The notes: generated by a model not told the origin, from the letters alone. DNA of 64,000 nt from an uncultured Nitrospiraceae bacterium (GCA_963727805.1 CAVSHF010000003.1:160001-224000); one strand, 5' to 3'; shown: positions 41,656-52,650, numbered from the stretch's first letter. Made by a program: numbers and translations.

Positions 41656-42588
41656 ATGGAACGGAAGAGCGAGACGATTGAAGAAATCATAAATTTCCTT
41701 TCTAAGTACCTTCACGGAAAGGCAAAAGCACTTAAGTTTGCGCTCATCACTTTTTTTTCGAGGGGGCATCTGCTCGTCGAGGACTTGCCCGGGCTTGGGA
41801 AAACGACCCTTGCCATTGCGATCACAAAGGCCCTTGGCCTGAGCTTCGGCAGGATTCAATGTACGAGTGATCTCCTGCCGACTGATATCACCGGCCTTTC
41901 CATCTACAATAAAAACACCGGAACCTTCGAATTTCACCAGGGGCCGGTTTTCAACAACATTGTCCTCGTCGATGAGATCAACAGGGCAACGCCCAAGACA
42001 CAGAGCGCGCTCCTTGAGGCGATGGGAGAGAAACAGACGACAATCGAAGGCAAGACCTACAAGCTTGCGAAACCGTTTTTCGTGATTGCAACCCAGAACC
42101 CGGTCGAACAGTTCGGCACTTTCCCACTCCCTGAATCACAGCTCGACCGTTTCACTATGAAGATCAGTATTGGCTACGCATCGAGGCAATCTGAAAAAGA
42201 AATACTAAGGGGTGGCAGCAAGCGCGAGGATCTCTATTCCATCGAGCCGATGATGACGATTGAAGAGGTGATAGAACTGCAGAACGAGATCAAGGAAACG
42301 GTGTATTTGTCGGATAGAGTCCTCGAATATATCCTCGATATTGTCGAGGCGACGCGAAGCAATAAATACATTCTCGCTGGAATATCGACGAGGGGCGTGT
42401 TGGCGATCAACTCTACAGCCAAGACCAAGGCCTATTTCAGCGGTAGGGACTATGTGATCCCGGAGGACATCAAGGAGCTTTCCGAATTCACCATTCCCCA
42501 CAGACTGATATTCAGGGAAGAATATGAACATGTTGACAAGAAGGAGATCATAAAATCGATTATCGACGGCATACCAGTCCCGGTGTAA
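41656..42588 (+). CDS. moxR: MoxR-family AAA+ ATPase
   Basis: EDLPGLGKT, RIQCTSDLLP, DEINRATPKTQSALLEAM, ATQNP, LPESQLDRF. Confidence 0.93.
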   Translation: MERKSETIEEIINFLSKYLHGKAKALKFALITFFSRGHLLVEDLPGLGKTTLAIAITKALGLSFGRIQCTSDLLPTDITGLSIYNKNTGTFEFHQGPVFNNIVLVDEINRATPKTQSALLEAMGEKQTTIEGKTYKLAKPFFVIATQNPVEQFGTFPLPESQLDRFTMKISIGYASRQSEKEILRGGSKREDLYSIEPMMTIEEVIELQNEIKETVYLSDRVLEYILDIVEATRSNKYILAGISTRGVLAINSTAKTKAYFSGRDYVIPEDIKELSEFTIPHRLIFREEYEHVDKKEIIKSIIDGIPVPV

Positions 42589-43481
42589 TAAGGATAACGA
42601 AGGCCGGCTGGATTTATATAGTCTGCACAATTTTCCTCGGCTTCTCGGCGGTCAATACAGGCAATAATCTCATCTATCTCATCGTCTCTGTCCTCCTCAG
42701 TTTCATGGGGATTTCCGGTTTTTTTGGCAGGAGAAACATCATGCGGGTCCGTGTAGAGCTCGAAGTTCCTGACGAGATATATGCTGGGACAGTTATGCCG
42801 GTTAAGGTCATACTCTCCAATGACAAGCGATTTATGCCATCATTCTTGATCAGGCTGAAGGTGGATGATTCGGAAACGCTTTTCCCAGTGATCGACAAGG
42901 CGGCAAGGATTGCTGGGATTGCACACATTGCTTTTCCCGAACGGGGCAGACATCAAATCGATCATTGTTACATCTCTTCAGTCTTTCCCTTCAATTTCTT
43001 TACCCGCTTCAGGCGGCTCGACACCGATGTAGATGTTATCGTCTTTCCTGCACCGAAGAAATGCTCCCTCCAAAGTCTCTTTGCCGGGGAAAAGAGCTCG
43101 AGGGGAGACAGGACCTTTGACAGGAGCGGTTTTGAGGCCGAGATACTCTCGATTAGGAATTACCGATATGGTGATCCTCAAAAATACATACACTGGAAGG
43201 CGAGCGCCCGGACTGGTGAACTTAAAACAAAAGAACTCTCTTCGCTTTCTCACCGTCCTCTTATCATTGACTTTGACGAGGTTGTGATCGGCGACCTTGA
43301 AGAAAGGATTTCATGCATAACTTACGTGATCGTCAGGAGTTACCGTTTGAATATACCGGTAGGCATTAAAATCGCCGGAAAGGTCTTCAAGCCTTTCGCA
43401 GAAGATTCGACCGATTTCGGCAAGGCGAGATTAGGGAAAATCGTCATGCTCACCGAGCTTGCCCTCTATGGAAAGGGATAA
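42588..43481 (+). CDS. DUF58 protein (5' end extends upstream of the ATG at 42705)
   Basis: In-frame upstream IRITKAGWIYIVCTIFLGFSAVNTGNNLIYL; FPFNFF, RNYRYGD, IHWKASAR. Confidence 0.85.
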   Translation: MRITKAGWIYIVCTIFLGFSAVNTGNNLIYLIVSVLLSFMGISGFFGRRNIMRVRVELEVPDEIYAGTVMPVKVILSNDKRFMPSFLIRLKVDDSETLFPVIDKAARIAGIAHIAFPERGRHQIDHCYISSVFPFNFFTRFRRLDTDVDVIVFPAPKKCSLQSLFAGEKSSRGDRTFDRSGFEAEILSIRNYRYGDPQKYIHWKASARTGELKTKELSSLSHRPLIIDFDEVVIGDLEERISCITYVIVRSYRLNIPVGIKIAGKVFKPFAEDSTDFGKARLGKIVMLTELALYGKG

Positions 43482-43483
43482 TT

Positions 43484-45412
43484 ATGGCAAGCAATAGTGG
43501 CGGGTATGCGGTGCGGATAGGGACCGCTCTGAATGGTCTTACGTACGTTGCCGGCCTCATCAGTTTCCTGTCGGTCGTCAGGTATGTCGGGATTTTTTTC
43601 TCTCTTGCCTTTCTTGGCCTTTTCGCTTCGGCCTTCTACTTCGACTATCGCAAGAGATATGCTGTCCCCCGGAGTATCCTTAATGCAGTGCTTGTTGTTT
43701 TTATTATACTTAATTCCTTTAGAATTACCCGTGATGATTTTGTGACCCCCGTAGTGGAAACGTTGCTGATACTTATTGCCATCAAATTAATCGAAGATAA
43801 AAAGACCAGGGACTATATGCAGATCTATGCCATCGCTACTTTTTTGCTTGCGGGATCTGCGCTATTGACTCTTGACCTGCAGTTTTTGATCAACCTTCTA
43901 ATCCTCTCATTCCTGCTGCCACTCTGTGTTGTGCTCCTGACCTTTTATTCACAGGATGACGGCATGATACTTACCCATAAGAACCTTTCGATGATAGTGT
44001 CGAAGGCCCTCCTCATCCCACTAGTTTCGATACCCATGACGGCCCTTATGTTCATCATCCTGCCGCGGACCGGTTATCCTCTTTTGAACTTCCTCAGCAG
44101 GGGTGGTGCAAGTGCCGGATTCACCGATAATGTAAAACTCGGCGACATCTCCAACATCCAGGGAAACGCGACGGTCATTTTGAGGATCGAAATGGAGAAG
44201 ATTGATGATGCGGCGCTCTATTGGCGTGGTATTGTGCTCGACTATTTTGACGGTACTTCGTGGAGAAGCCTCAACCAGGAACCGAGACACGATGGGCGAT
44301 TCGGCCTCGCAGGCAGGAGGGTGACTCAGACCGTATATCTTGAGCCCTATGAAAATAGGTATCTCTTTGCACTGGATAAGCCTGTATTTGTTAATTTCAG
44401 GGATGCAGCGATCTTAAATGACCTGACCACAGCCGCGCGCAAGAATATCGAGAGGCGGATAAAATATAGCGCCGTTTCATTGCTTTCGGAAGTTATCGCA
44501 CAGGATAACGTAGATAAGAAGAGATATCTTCAGTTGCCAAACAGAGATTTCGGTAAGGTGGAGACGCTCGTTCAATCATTGGCGCCAGGCAAAAGCAAGG
44601 AAACACTCGCACGAGCTATCCTACACTATCTGAGACAAGGTCAGTTTGTCTACTCACTCAAAAATTTGCCGATAACGGATAAGCCACTGGAGGATTTTCT
44701 TTTTGCATACAAATACGGTAATTGCGAATATTTCGCTTCCTCGATGGCTGTAATGCTAAGGCTCGCTGGGGTCCCCGCTCGTCTGGTAGGCGGTTACCGA
44801 GGAGGCTACTATAATGGTTTTGGGGGCTATTACCTTGTCACACAGAATAATGCCCATGTATGGGTCGAGGCCTATTTCGACGGAAAGGGCTGGCTAAGGA
44901 TGGACCCGACGCCCGGCAGCATCGGTCCCCTTAGCGGTATCGGCCGGGAGGGCTTTTTATTTAGGATCAGATTATTTCTCGACTCGCTCAACTATTACTG
45001 GAATGCCATGGTTATCGGCTATGATCTGAACAAGCAGATAAAACTCCTCATCTCGTTCAAGAATGTGTTTCAAAGGCCGAAGATAGATCTGTCTGCGTTG
45101 AAGAATTATGCCGTAGGTGCCTTATTTGTTTTCCTCAGCCTCATTGCCACAGGGGCGGCCCTGTATGTGGGAATGAAAAGGAAGCTGAGGGAGATGCAAC
45201 TTATGGATAACTTTATGAAAAAAATGAGAAAGTATGGCTATGATCGGGCAAGATCGGATGGGCTTCATGAGTTTTTAAAAAAGGTCGACGATCCCAAAAT
45301 AAGAGAAAAAGCCCATGAGTTTGTTGATGAATTCGAGGGCCTCTTTTACCGGGACAGGAAAATGACAAAGGATAATGTGGCCCGTTTGAGGCAACTTCTG
45401 GATGATCTGTGA
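43484..45412 (+). CDS. DUF3488 + transglutaminase-like membrane protein (TgpA-like)
   Basis: Multiple TMs, LYWRG, GNCEYFAS, HVWVE, DPTP (Cys-His-Asp triad). Confidence 0.9.
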   Translation: MASNSGGYAVRIGTALNGLTYVAGLISFLSVVRYVGIFFSLAFLGLFASAFYFDYRKRYAVPRSILNAVLVVFIILNSFRITRDDFVTPVVETLLILIAIKLIEDKKTRDYMQIYAIATFLLAGSALLTLDLQFLINLLILSFLLPLCVVLLTFYSQDDGMILTHKNLSMIVSKALLIPLVSIPMTALMFIILPRTGYPLLNFLSRGGASAGFTDNVKLGDISNIQGNATVILRIEMEKIDDAALYWRGIVLDYFDGTSWRSLNQEPRHDGRFGLAGRRVTQTVYLEPYENRYLFALDKPVFVNFRDAAILNDLTTAARKNIERRIKYSAVSLLSEVIAQDNVDKKRYLQLPNRDFGKVETLVQSLAPGKSKETLARAILHYLRQGQFVYSLKNLPITDKPLEDFLFAYKYGNCEYFASSMAVMLRLAGVPARLVGGYRGGYYNGFGGYYLVTQNNAHVWVEAYFDGKGWLRMDPTPGSIGPLSGIGREGFLFRIRLFLDSLNYYWNAMVIGYDLNKQIKLLISFKNVFQRPKIDLSALKNYAVGALFVFLSLIATGAALYVGMKRKLREMQLMDNFMKKMRKYGYDRARSDGLHEFLKKVDDPKIREKAHEFVDEFEGLFYRDRKMTKDNVARLRQLLDDL

Positions 45413-45486
45413 TGAGGGTGTTTTTTTGAGGACATTTGTTGTAAAATTACACTATTATAACCAATCTGCATCGAGGGGAGGTTTCA

Positions 45487-45714
45487 ATGACCGACGAAGA
45501 GATTGTAGAAGCGCTGAAGAAGGACAACGAAGATTTTAAGAAGCTTTATCAGGAGCACAGGGAATTAAACGCACTGCTGGATGATTTGAACAAGAAACAC
45601 TATCTCACCCCCGAGGAAGAATTTGAGAAGAAGAGGATGCAGAAGGAGAAACTTGCCAGAAAGGACCGGATTGCCGAACTCGTCCGGGACTACAAAAAGA
45701 ACCACAATAATTAG
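45487..45714 (+). CDS. YdcH/DUF465 family protein
   Basis: F.KL..EH..L....KKEKL..KDRI-like pattern; GGAGG RBS. Confidence 0.85.
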   Translation: MTDEEIVEALKKDNEDFKKLYQEHRELNALLDDLNKKHYLTPEEEFEKKRMQKEKLARKDRIAELVRDYKKNHNN

Positions 45715-45739
45715 TGTTTGTCCATAAACAGAGCGTATT

Positions 45740-45775
45740 TGTCATTCCTGCAAACGGAGCAAGTCGGGAATGACG
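45740..45775. repeat. REP-like inverted repeat
   Basis: TGTCATTCCTG...CGGGAATGACG. Confidence 0.55.
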
Positions 45776-45839
45776 ACTTCATAAGAGAGTTTTTTCTGCG
45801 GCTTAAGCCGATCCAAAACTATAAGGGGATATTGTCTTT

Positions 45840-47498
45840 ATGAGAAGAAGCGATACGATCAAATGCGGACTCGAGCGGATGCCTCACCGGGCGCTCCTCT
45901 ATGCCACCGGCATACCCAAGAGCGAAATGGGCAAGCCCTTTATCGGGGTCGCTACCAGTTTTACTGATTTAATTCCCGGCCACATTGGGATGCGTGACCT
46001 GGAAAGATTTATCGAAAAGGGGGTACACACCGGAGGGGGCTATCCCTTCTTCTTTGGAATCCCCGGGATTTGTGACGGTATCGCTATGGGGCACAAGGGA
46101 ATGCACTATTCTCTGGCCTCCAGGGAATTGATCGCTGACATGGTCGAGACCGTGGCCGAGGCGCACCGGCTTGACGGACTCGTACTCCTTACGAACTGCG
46201 ATAAAATTACTCCTGGAATGCTCATGGCAGCAGCCAGGCTGAACATCCCGAGCATCGTGGTAACAGCCGGGCCAATGCTCGGCGGACGCTACAAAGGACG
46301 CCGCCTTAACCTTACCAGTGATACCTTTGAGGCAGTTGGTAAATTCAAAAAGGGTTTGATTAAGGAGGAGGAGCTTCAGGGCATGGAGATGTGCGCCTGT
46401 CCAGGTGGCGGATCGTGCCAGGGCATGTATACTGCCAACACGATGGCGTGCGTGACTGAGGCCCTCGGAATGAGCTTGCCCGGTTGTGCCACTGCGCCGG
46501 CAGTTCTGGCGCAGAAAAAGAGGATTGCCTTTGACAGCGGAATGAGGATTGTGGATCTCATCAAGAAGAATATCACGCCGCGGAAAATCATGACAAAAAG
46601 GGCCTTTGAAAACGCCATCAGAGTCGACCTGGCTCTTGGGGGTTCCACTAATACCGCGCTGCACATCCCTGCCATAGCCCATGACGCAAAAGTTAATCTT
46701 CCGCTTGAAGTCTTTGACGAGATCAGCAGAAAGACTCCGCATATCACCAATATGATTCCCGGCGGTCAGTACTACATGGAGGACTTGGATGCTGCTGGAG
46801 GAATACCCGCGGTCATGAAAAGTCTTATCGAGATGATGAATGACAATCCGACCGTTTCAGGATCAGGGATTCTGCAAATAGCTGGGGAGGCTCAAGTCTT
46901 CGATGAGGATGTTATAAGGCCGGTGACAAAGGCCTTCCACAAAGAAGGCGGCATAGCCGTGCTAAAGGGAAATCTCGCTCCCGACGGCGCCGTAGTCAAG
47001 CAGACCGCTGTCAGTAAGAACATGATGAAATTTGAAGGCAGTGCAAAGGTCTTCGACTCCGAAGAAGTCGCAATGCAGGCGATCATGGCCGGTGAAATGA
47101 AGGCCGGAGACGTCATGATCATCAGGTATGAGGGACCCAAGGGCGGACCCGGAATGAGGGAGATGCTCTCTCCTACCTCGGCGATTGCGGGAATGGGTCT
47201 CTCTGAATCGGTTGCGCTGATTACCGACGGCCGTTTTTCAGGAGGAACCCGCGGCCCGTGCATTGGCCACGTTTCCCCTGAGGCGATGGAAGGCGGACCG
47301 ATTGCGGTTGTGAAGAATGGAGACAGGATCAGCATTGATATCCCCAAGAGAAAGATTGAAGTCCTGATTTCCGACCAGGAAATAAAAGACAGGCTTGCGG
47401 CCTGGCAAAAGCCCCAGCCGAAGATAAAGCACGGATATCTTTCCCGATATGCAAAACTGGTCAGTTCGGCCGCCAGTGGCGCTATAATGCTCGATTAA
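45840..47498 (+). CDS. ilvD: Dihydroxy-acid dehydratase
   Basis: [41 protein letters not shown]. Confidence 0.97.
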   Translation: MRRSDTIKCGLERMPHRALLYATGIPKSEMGKPFIGVATSFTDLIPGHIGMRDLERFIEKGVHTGGGYPFFFGIPGICDGIAMGHKGMHYSLASRELIADMVETVAEAHRLDGLVLLTNCDKITPGMLMAAARLNIPSIVVTAGPMLGGRYKGRRLNLTSDTFEAVGKFKKGLIKEEELQGMEMCACPGGGSCQGMYTANTMACVTEALGMSLPGCATAPAVLAQKKRIAFDSGMRIVDLIKKNITPRKIMTKRAFENAIRVDLALGGSTNTALHIPAIAHDAKVNLPLEVFDEISRKTPHITNMIPGGQYYMEDLDAAGGIPAVMKSLIEMMNDNPTVSGSGILQIAGEAQVFDEDVIRPVTKAFHKEGGIAVLKGNLAPDGAVVKQTAVSKNMMKFEGSAKVFDSEEVAMQAIMAGEMKAGDVMIIRYEGPKGGPGMREMLSPTSAIAGMGLSESVALITDGRFSGGTRGPCIGHVSPEAMEGGPIAVVKNGDRISIDIPKRKIEVLISDQEIKDRLAAWQKPQPKIKHGYLSRYAKLVSSAASGAIMLD

Positions 47499-47532
47499 TA
47501 AGGTTTTTCCGTGGTACTATAATTGCTCAAAA

Positions 47533-47607
47533 GCGGGCGTAACTCAGTGGTAGAGTGCTAGCTTCCCAAGCTGGAAGTCGCGGGTTCGAATCCCGTCGCC
47601 CGCTCCA
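47533..47607 (+). tRNA. tRNA-Gly (CCC)
   Basis: Cloverleaf with acceptor GCGGGCG/CGCCCGC, anticodon loop TTCCCAA, TTCGAAT T-loop, encoded CCA. Confidence 0.97.
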
Positions 47608-47728
47608 TTTGATAAGGGACGCTTATTTTGTACAGCCTGATATTTAGATTGCCTTATCTTCCCCACAGGGTCAATCGTCCGTCGAAAAGCGGCTAATTCT
47701 ATAGGAGCTTACTAAAAGGGATCTATGG

Positions 47729-48394
47729 ATGACCGATAACAGTACTTATTCACTGCTGGCAATCTTTCGTGAGTTGAACGATAAGGAATTCAGGAAAAAG
47801 CTTGCTTTGTTTCCCGAAGACCTTAGGTATTATGTCGTTCTTGCAGGAGGCATAGTCGGGACCGAGTTGTCAAAAAGAGTACAGGAGACACCGAAAGCCG
47901 TGGTCGAAGAGGGCGGAGCCTTCGTGTCCGATATGCTTAATATCGCAACTCCCGGCGAGGACCAGGTATTCAAAGGTATTCTTGAAGCATATCTTGTAGC
48001 GACCCTCAGAGATGAGCTCAGATTCTGCTGCATGAACTGCAGGGAGTTTGAGAAATGCCTGGATATCGGACAGTTACAACTGGGAGAGCTTTTTCAGAGA
48101 CGTATAAACGGTGAAGAAACACAGGAATTGAAAGATGCAATATCTTCCCAGATCACTGAAGCCCTTTCCAGAACCCCGTATATTGACGTCGAAGACGCGT
48201 ATGGACGATGCGGGAAGTTTGTACACCAATATAGCGTTGCAAGCATAGGTGAGGTCTTCGGCCGATATTCCGACATCACTGCTACGCTTGAGCAAAAGTA
48301 CGGCATTGACCGCAGGACTGTGCTACATCAGATGGTTTCAGTCAATATGGAATTCTGTGAGAAGAGCAATAACAATCTGGGAACAGATGAGTAG
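47729..48394 (+). CDS. Hypothetical protein with a Cys cluster
   Basis: 221-aa ORF, CCMNC...C motif. Confidence 0.75.
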   Translation: MTDNSTYSLLAIFRELNDKEFRKKLALFPEDLRYYVVLAGGIVGTELSKRVQETPKAVVEEGGAFVSDMLNIATPGEDQVFKGILEAYLVATLRDELRFCCMNCREFEKCLDIGQLQLGELFQRRINGEETQELKDAISSQITEALSRTPYIDVEDAYGRCGKFVHQYSVASIGEVFGRYSDITATLEQKYGIDRRTVLHQMVSVNMEFCEKSNNNLGTDE

Positions 48395-48433
48395 AATCCT
48401 CCTTATCCGCTGAATAACAAAACATAGGAGATC

Positions 48434-49699
48434 GTGTTTCAGAACCGATGGAGTATGGGCAAGCAATCCGTCAAACATAAGCCTGTTTTTGGGGCACTCG
48501 ACATACTCAAGTACATTGGCCCGGGATTTCTTGTGACGGTGGGTTTTATAGATCCTGGTAACTGGGCTTCGAACATCGCAGCCGGTTCGCTCTATGGATA
48601 TCGTCTCCTATGGATAGTTACACTTTCCACTCTGATGCTAATTCTGCTCCAGCACAACGCCGCGCATCTTGGAATCGCTACTGGGTTTTGTTTGTCCGAA
48701 GCCTCTACCCGATTCATGTCAAAATGGAGCAGCAGGATATTTCTGTTTAGTGCAGTCTTCGCCGCGGTATCTACTGCTCTTGCCGAGATACTCGGTGCGT
48801 CAATCGGCCTTCAGATGCTCCTTGGCATTCCTCTATCCGTTGGCGCGGTATTTTCAGCACTTTTCGCCGCTTTCATGCTCCTTTCAAACAGGTATCGGAA
48901 CCTCGAAAAGTTGATAATTGGTTTTGTCTCCCTCATAGGCATTGCTTTTCTTTTCGAGCTAAGTCTGGTGAGAACAGTGTGGAGTGATGCGATCAGGGAT
49001 TGGGTGGTTCCTTCATTCCCAGCAGGTTCTTTGCCTATTATTATGAGCGTACTCGGCGCAGTTGTGATGCCTCATAACATATTTCTGCATTCCGAGATCA
49101 TCCAGAGCAGGCAGTGGAACCTGCAGGGGGATGCAATAATAAAGAGGCAGCTCAGGTTTGAATTCATGGATACCCTTTCAGCCATGACGATCGGGTGGGC
49201 CATCAACAGCGCAATGGTCCTCGTTGCCGCATCGGTCTTTTATGCCAACGGGGTTACTGTTGAAGAGCTTCCACAGGCCCAGGCTATCCTCAAACCATTG
49301 CTCGGAAATGCAGCAGCAACGGTCTTTGCCTTAGCCCTGATATTTGCCGGTCTTTCATCATCAGTTACCGCAGCTATGGCAGGTGGGAGCATATATGCCG
49401 GCATTTTCATGGAGCCCTATGATCCCGCTGATAATCACTCGCGTGTAGGAGTTCTCGTGACCTTAATCGGCGCTCTTGTCATTGTTTTCTTTATCGGCGA
49501 TCCCTTCAAGGGCATCATCTGGAGCCAGATTATCCTCAGTATCCAGCTCCCGCTCACCATCTTTTCGCTGCTGTTTTTGACGTCTTCCCGAAAGGTGATG
49601 GGTAAGTTCGCCAATTCGCTGAGGGACAACATCCTTCTCTGGGCCACCGGAGCAGTCGTAATCTTTTTTAATGTGATGCTACTCCTACAGTACGTGTAG
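48434..49699 (+). CDS. mntH: Nramp divalent metal (Mn/Fe) transporter
   Basis: IDPGNW and VMPHNIFLHS motifs. Confidence 0.93.
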   Translation: MFQNRWSMGKQSVKHKPVFGALDILKYIGPGFLVTVGFIDPGNWASNIAAGSLYGYRLLWIVTLSTLMLILLQHNAAHLGIATGFCLSEASTRFMSKWSSRIFLFSAVFAAVSTALAEILGASIGLQMLLGIPLSVGAVFSALFAAFMLLSNRYRNLEKLIIGFVSLIGIAFLFELSLVRTVWSDAIRDWVVPSFPAGSLPIIMSVLGAVVMPHNIFLHSEIIQSRQWNLQGDAIIKRQLRFEFMDTLSAMTIGWAINSAMVLVAASVFYANGVTVEELPQAQAILKPLLGNAAATVFALALIFAGLSSSVTAAMAGGSIYAGIFMEPYDPADNHSRVGVLVTLIGALVIVFFIGDPFKGIIWSQIILSIQLPLTIFSLLFLTSSRKVMGKFANSLRDNILLWATGAVVIFFNVMLLLQYV

Positions 49700-49752
49700 T
49701 TCTGTTAACAGGCCGTATGCTGCAGATGGCTGAGTGAAAGGGACCTGAACTT

Positions 49753-50136
49753 CTAGAGCATCCGTTTAACCTCAGGATTGATCCGAATATGAATAATGAT
49801 TTTATTGTCACTGAGACTGTAATCGATATAAAGCACGTCGGAAGTGCCATACGTTGTTGGATAATGCAGCGCCCTCATTTCAAAGCCGACAACCCTATCA
49901 TATTCGTCCCGAATGCAGGCGAGCAGACTGCGATGGAACGAACTGTGAGTACTCACAAACGCCTCAGCACGGGCAATCGCTTCCGTTGCGGGAATCCCTT
50001 TCAAAATTTTAAAATTAAACCCCGGGGTATAAGGGGTGAAGGTGATGCGGTCATCCTCGCGATCAAGAAATGCGACATTAGCAATCTGTTGGGGCCATGA
50101 TCCGCTGTATAAAATAAGGGTGAAGATGCCGAGCAC
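49753..50136 (-). CDS. Hypothetical protein, possibly 5'-truncated
   Basis: 127-aa ORF with GTG start and no clear RBS. Confidence 0.5.
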   Translation of the reverse strand: MLGIFTLILYSGSWPQQIANVAFLDREDDRITFTPYTPGFNFKILKGIPATEAIARAEAFVSTHSSFHRSLLACIRDEYDRVVGFEMRALHYPTTYGTSDVLYIDYSLSDNKIIIHIRINPEVKRML

Positions 50137-50599
50137 CTGTCAGCATTTGCGAGTTCGGGTTTGAGACTCATCTTCCGGCTAGGTGCTTTATATTTCCGCT
50201 TTTAGAACCTGATGATTCAATTATATCGTCCATCCAGTCTGCCGCGTGATATCATTGATATGGATATTATACTGGTAAGAGGAGATAGGGTCATTATTTG
50301 AATCTACAGGTTTGTTTCAATCCAGAGTCAGATAACCCGGCGTGCCAAAATTGAGACAGCAGAACAATCTATTAGGTGAAAGTTCTATTCAAGAATCTTG
50401 TGATGAGCCTGAGTTGCCTGCTGCCGAGCGAATAAATGACAGAGTCTCAGACGATAGACCGATCTGAAAGAAGGGGATTAAAGATGATGAATTAAAGAGA
50501 TTTTGCAGGGATGTAGTGTAAAATGTAAACTGTCTATTAATAATTGATCGTCGACAGGAGTTGAACATACATGAAAAGAAAGGCAGACTATATCCGCAT

Positions 50600-52489
50600 A
50601 TGATGGAAAATACCGAAACGCCCGAGCATACGGAAAAAGAACCTAATCAGGTTAGGGAAGAGTCAATGGAGGGCGCACCGGCGCCACGTGCCAAATCACA
50701 TCGGCGGAGACCAAGGGCCTGGAGAGGAAAACGGAAACAATCCGAACAAGCGCCTCTTGAATCTGGTGATACTGCTGCGGTTACTGTACAACCGGAAGTG
50801 CCTGTACCCACCGTGCATGGCGAGATATCAGAGAGTAGCGAGAAGGGCTCCGCTGAAACAGTTGTTGCGGGAGAGCAGGGGGACCCATCAGCGGAAGTCC
50901 GGAGTAAGTCGCGTCGTCGGCGCCGGAGGCCCCGGAAAGGTAAGAGACCCGAGACAACCGAAGCTCTTGGTGAACAGGAAGCAACGACTGAAAAGCCGCC
51001 AAAGGATCGGACCAGACGCATCCTCATTAATGCGCGCTACGCTGAGGAAAAACGTGTGGCTATAGTGGAAGGCCATACCCTTGCGGACTTTTACGTTGAA
51101 GTCGCCGCTCGCGAACATCTAAAGGGTAATATCTACAAAGGGGTGGTCTCCTCAGTGATGCCTGGGCTGCAGGCAGCTTTCATCGACTTTGGTCAGAAGA
51201 AGCACGGTTTTCTGCAATTTCGAGAGGTTATGCCCGAGCTCGTTCAGACTAAAAAAGAAGATAATCAGGAGGGTAAGCGACGGGTAGAGGGTGCCCTCGT
51301 CAAAGGGCAGGAAATACTCGTCCAGGTAGAAAAGGACGAACATGGTACCAAGGGGGCGAGCCTTACGAGTTATATTTCCATCCCCGGACGTTATATTGTC
51401 ATGATGCCTGGGCAGAAGAGGGTGGGAATATCCCGCAAGATAGAGAACCGCGAAGATCGGGATCGTCTCAAAGAAACCTTCAACTCACTCAAGCTCCCAA
51501 AAGATATGGGGTTTATCCTAAGGACAGCATGCAGCGACTCCCTTGAAAAAGAACTTAACGAGGACCTGAAATATCTAACTAAGCTCTGGGATCGGATCAA
51601 GACCGATGCCGGGAAAGCAACAGCGCCAGCGCTCATATACAAAGAGCAGGATATTGCTATGAGGACTGTGCGTGATTATTTGACCACGGACGTGGTCGAA
51701 ATCCTTATCGACGACCAGCCAACCTTCAACACCACAAAGGCTTTTCTGCGGAAGATTATGCCGTGGCGCAAGGTCAATATAACACAATACAAGGACAAGA
51801 CGCCTCTCTTTGCATTGTACAACACCGAGGCGCAAATTGCCGGTCTCTCTCATCGCACGGTGGGCCTGCCGTCCAAGGGATACCTTGTCTTCGACAAAGC
51901 AGAAGCACTTACCGCCATAGACGTTAATTCCGGCAGGAGTCGCAAGGAAGACAACGTTGAGTCGACGGCCCTGATGACTAATCTTGAAGCAGTTGAAGAG
52001 GTAGCACGGCAGCTCAGACTCCGCGACATCGGCGGTCTCGTTGTTATTGACTTTATCGACATGGAATCCAGCAAGAACCGAAGACTCGTGGAAACGCGGA
52101 TGAGGGAAGCCATGAGCACGGATAAGGCTAGTACCGAGATTGCCGGCCTGTCGAAGTTCTGCATCCTGGAGATGACCCGGGAACGCTTCCGGCTTGCATA
52201 TGCGGAAGCCATCTCACGAGAGTGCCCGGTCTGCGACGGGATAGGGTCAGTGAATTCTGACGAATTTGTTGCACTTTCGGCTGTGCGCGAACTGCATGCC
52301 CTTGCGGCAGCAGGTGATGCCAAGGCAATTACCTGCCGCCTTCCCGTCGAGAGTATGAACATCCTCATTAACACCAGAAAGCGGGAACTCGTGGCTTTGG
52401 AGCAGGATTACGGCATCACTATCACTATCGAGGCTGATCCATCCGCATCGGTTGGCCGGTACGTGATGGAGGTCCAGAAACTGAAATAG
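50600..52489 (+). CDS. Rne/Rng-family endoribonuclease with N-terminal disordered extension
   Basis: GNIYKG..V.PGLQAAFIDFG, LVQVEK, TAIDVNSG, RLRDIGGL.VIDFIDM, CPVCDG; start 50600 or TTG 50561. Confidence 0.93.
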   Translation: MMENTETPEHTEKEPNQVREESMEGAPAPRAKSHRRRPRAWRGKRKQSEQAPLESGDTAAVTVQPEVPVPTVHGEISESSEKGSAETVVAGEQGDPSAEVRSKSRRRRRRPRKGKRPETTEALGEQEATTEKPPKDRTRRILINARYAEEKRVAIVEGHTLADFYVEVAAREHLKGNIYKGVVSSVMPGLQAAFIDFGQKKHGFLQFREVMPELVQTKKEDNQEGKRRVEGALVKGQEILVQVEKDEHGTKGASLTSYISIPGRYIVMMPGQKRVGISRKIENREDRDRLKETFNSLKLPKDMGFILRTACSDSLEKELNEDLKYLTKLWDRIKTDAGKATAPALIYKEQDIAMRTVRDYLTTDVVEILIDDQPTFNTTKAFLRKIMPWRKVNITQYKDKTPLFALYNTEAQIAGLSHRTVGLPSKGYLVFDKAEALTAIDVNSGRSRKEDNVESTALMTNLEAVEEVARQLRLRDIGGLVVIDFIDMESSKNRRLVETRMREAMSTDKASTEIAGLSKFCILEMTRERFRLAYAEAISRECPVCDGIGSVNSDEFVALSAVRELHALAAAGDAKAITCRLPVESMNILINTRKRELVALEQDYGITITIEADPSASVGRYVMEVQKLK

Positions 52490-52650
52490 CAAAGAGGAGA
52501 AAGTAGCTTGTTGCGTTTGATAATGCTGATATTATCAATCTTCATTCTTCAATTTTCCTTTTGATTTGATCTTTCCTTTGCCATTGCTCGTGCCATCGTA
52601 AAGATCGCACCAGTCGTTTCAGGGCATGGAATGCCTTTGATCCGGGAGCT

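Noticed and set aside
47533..47730. tRNA-Gly as an integration site
   Set aside because: No integrase and no duplicated tRNA 3' end noticed in the window
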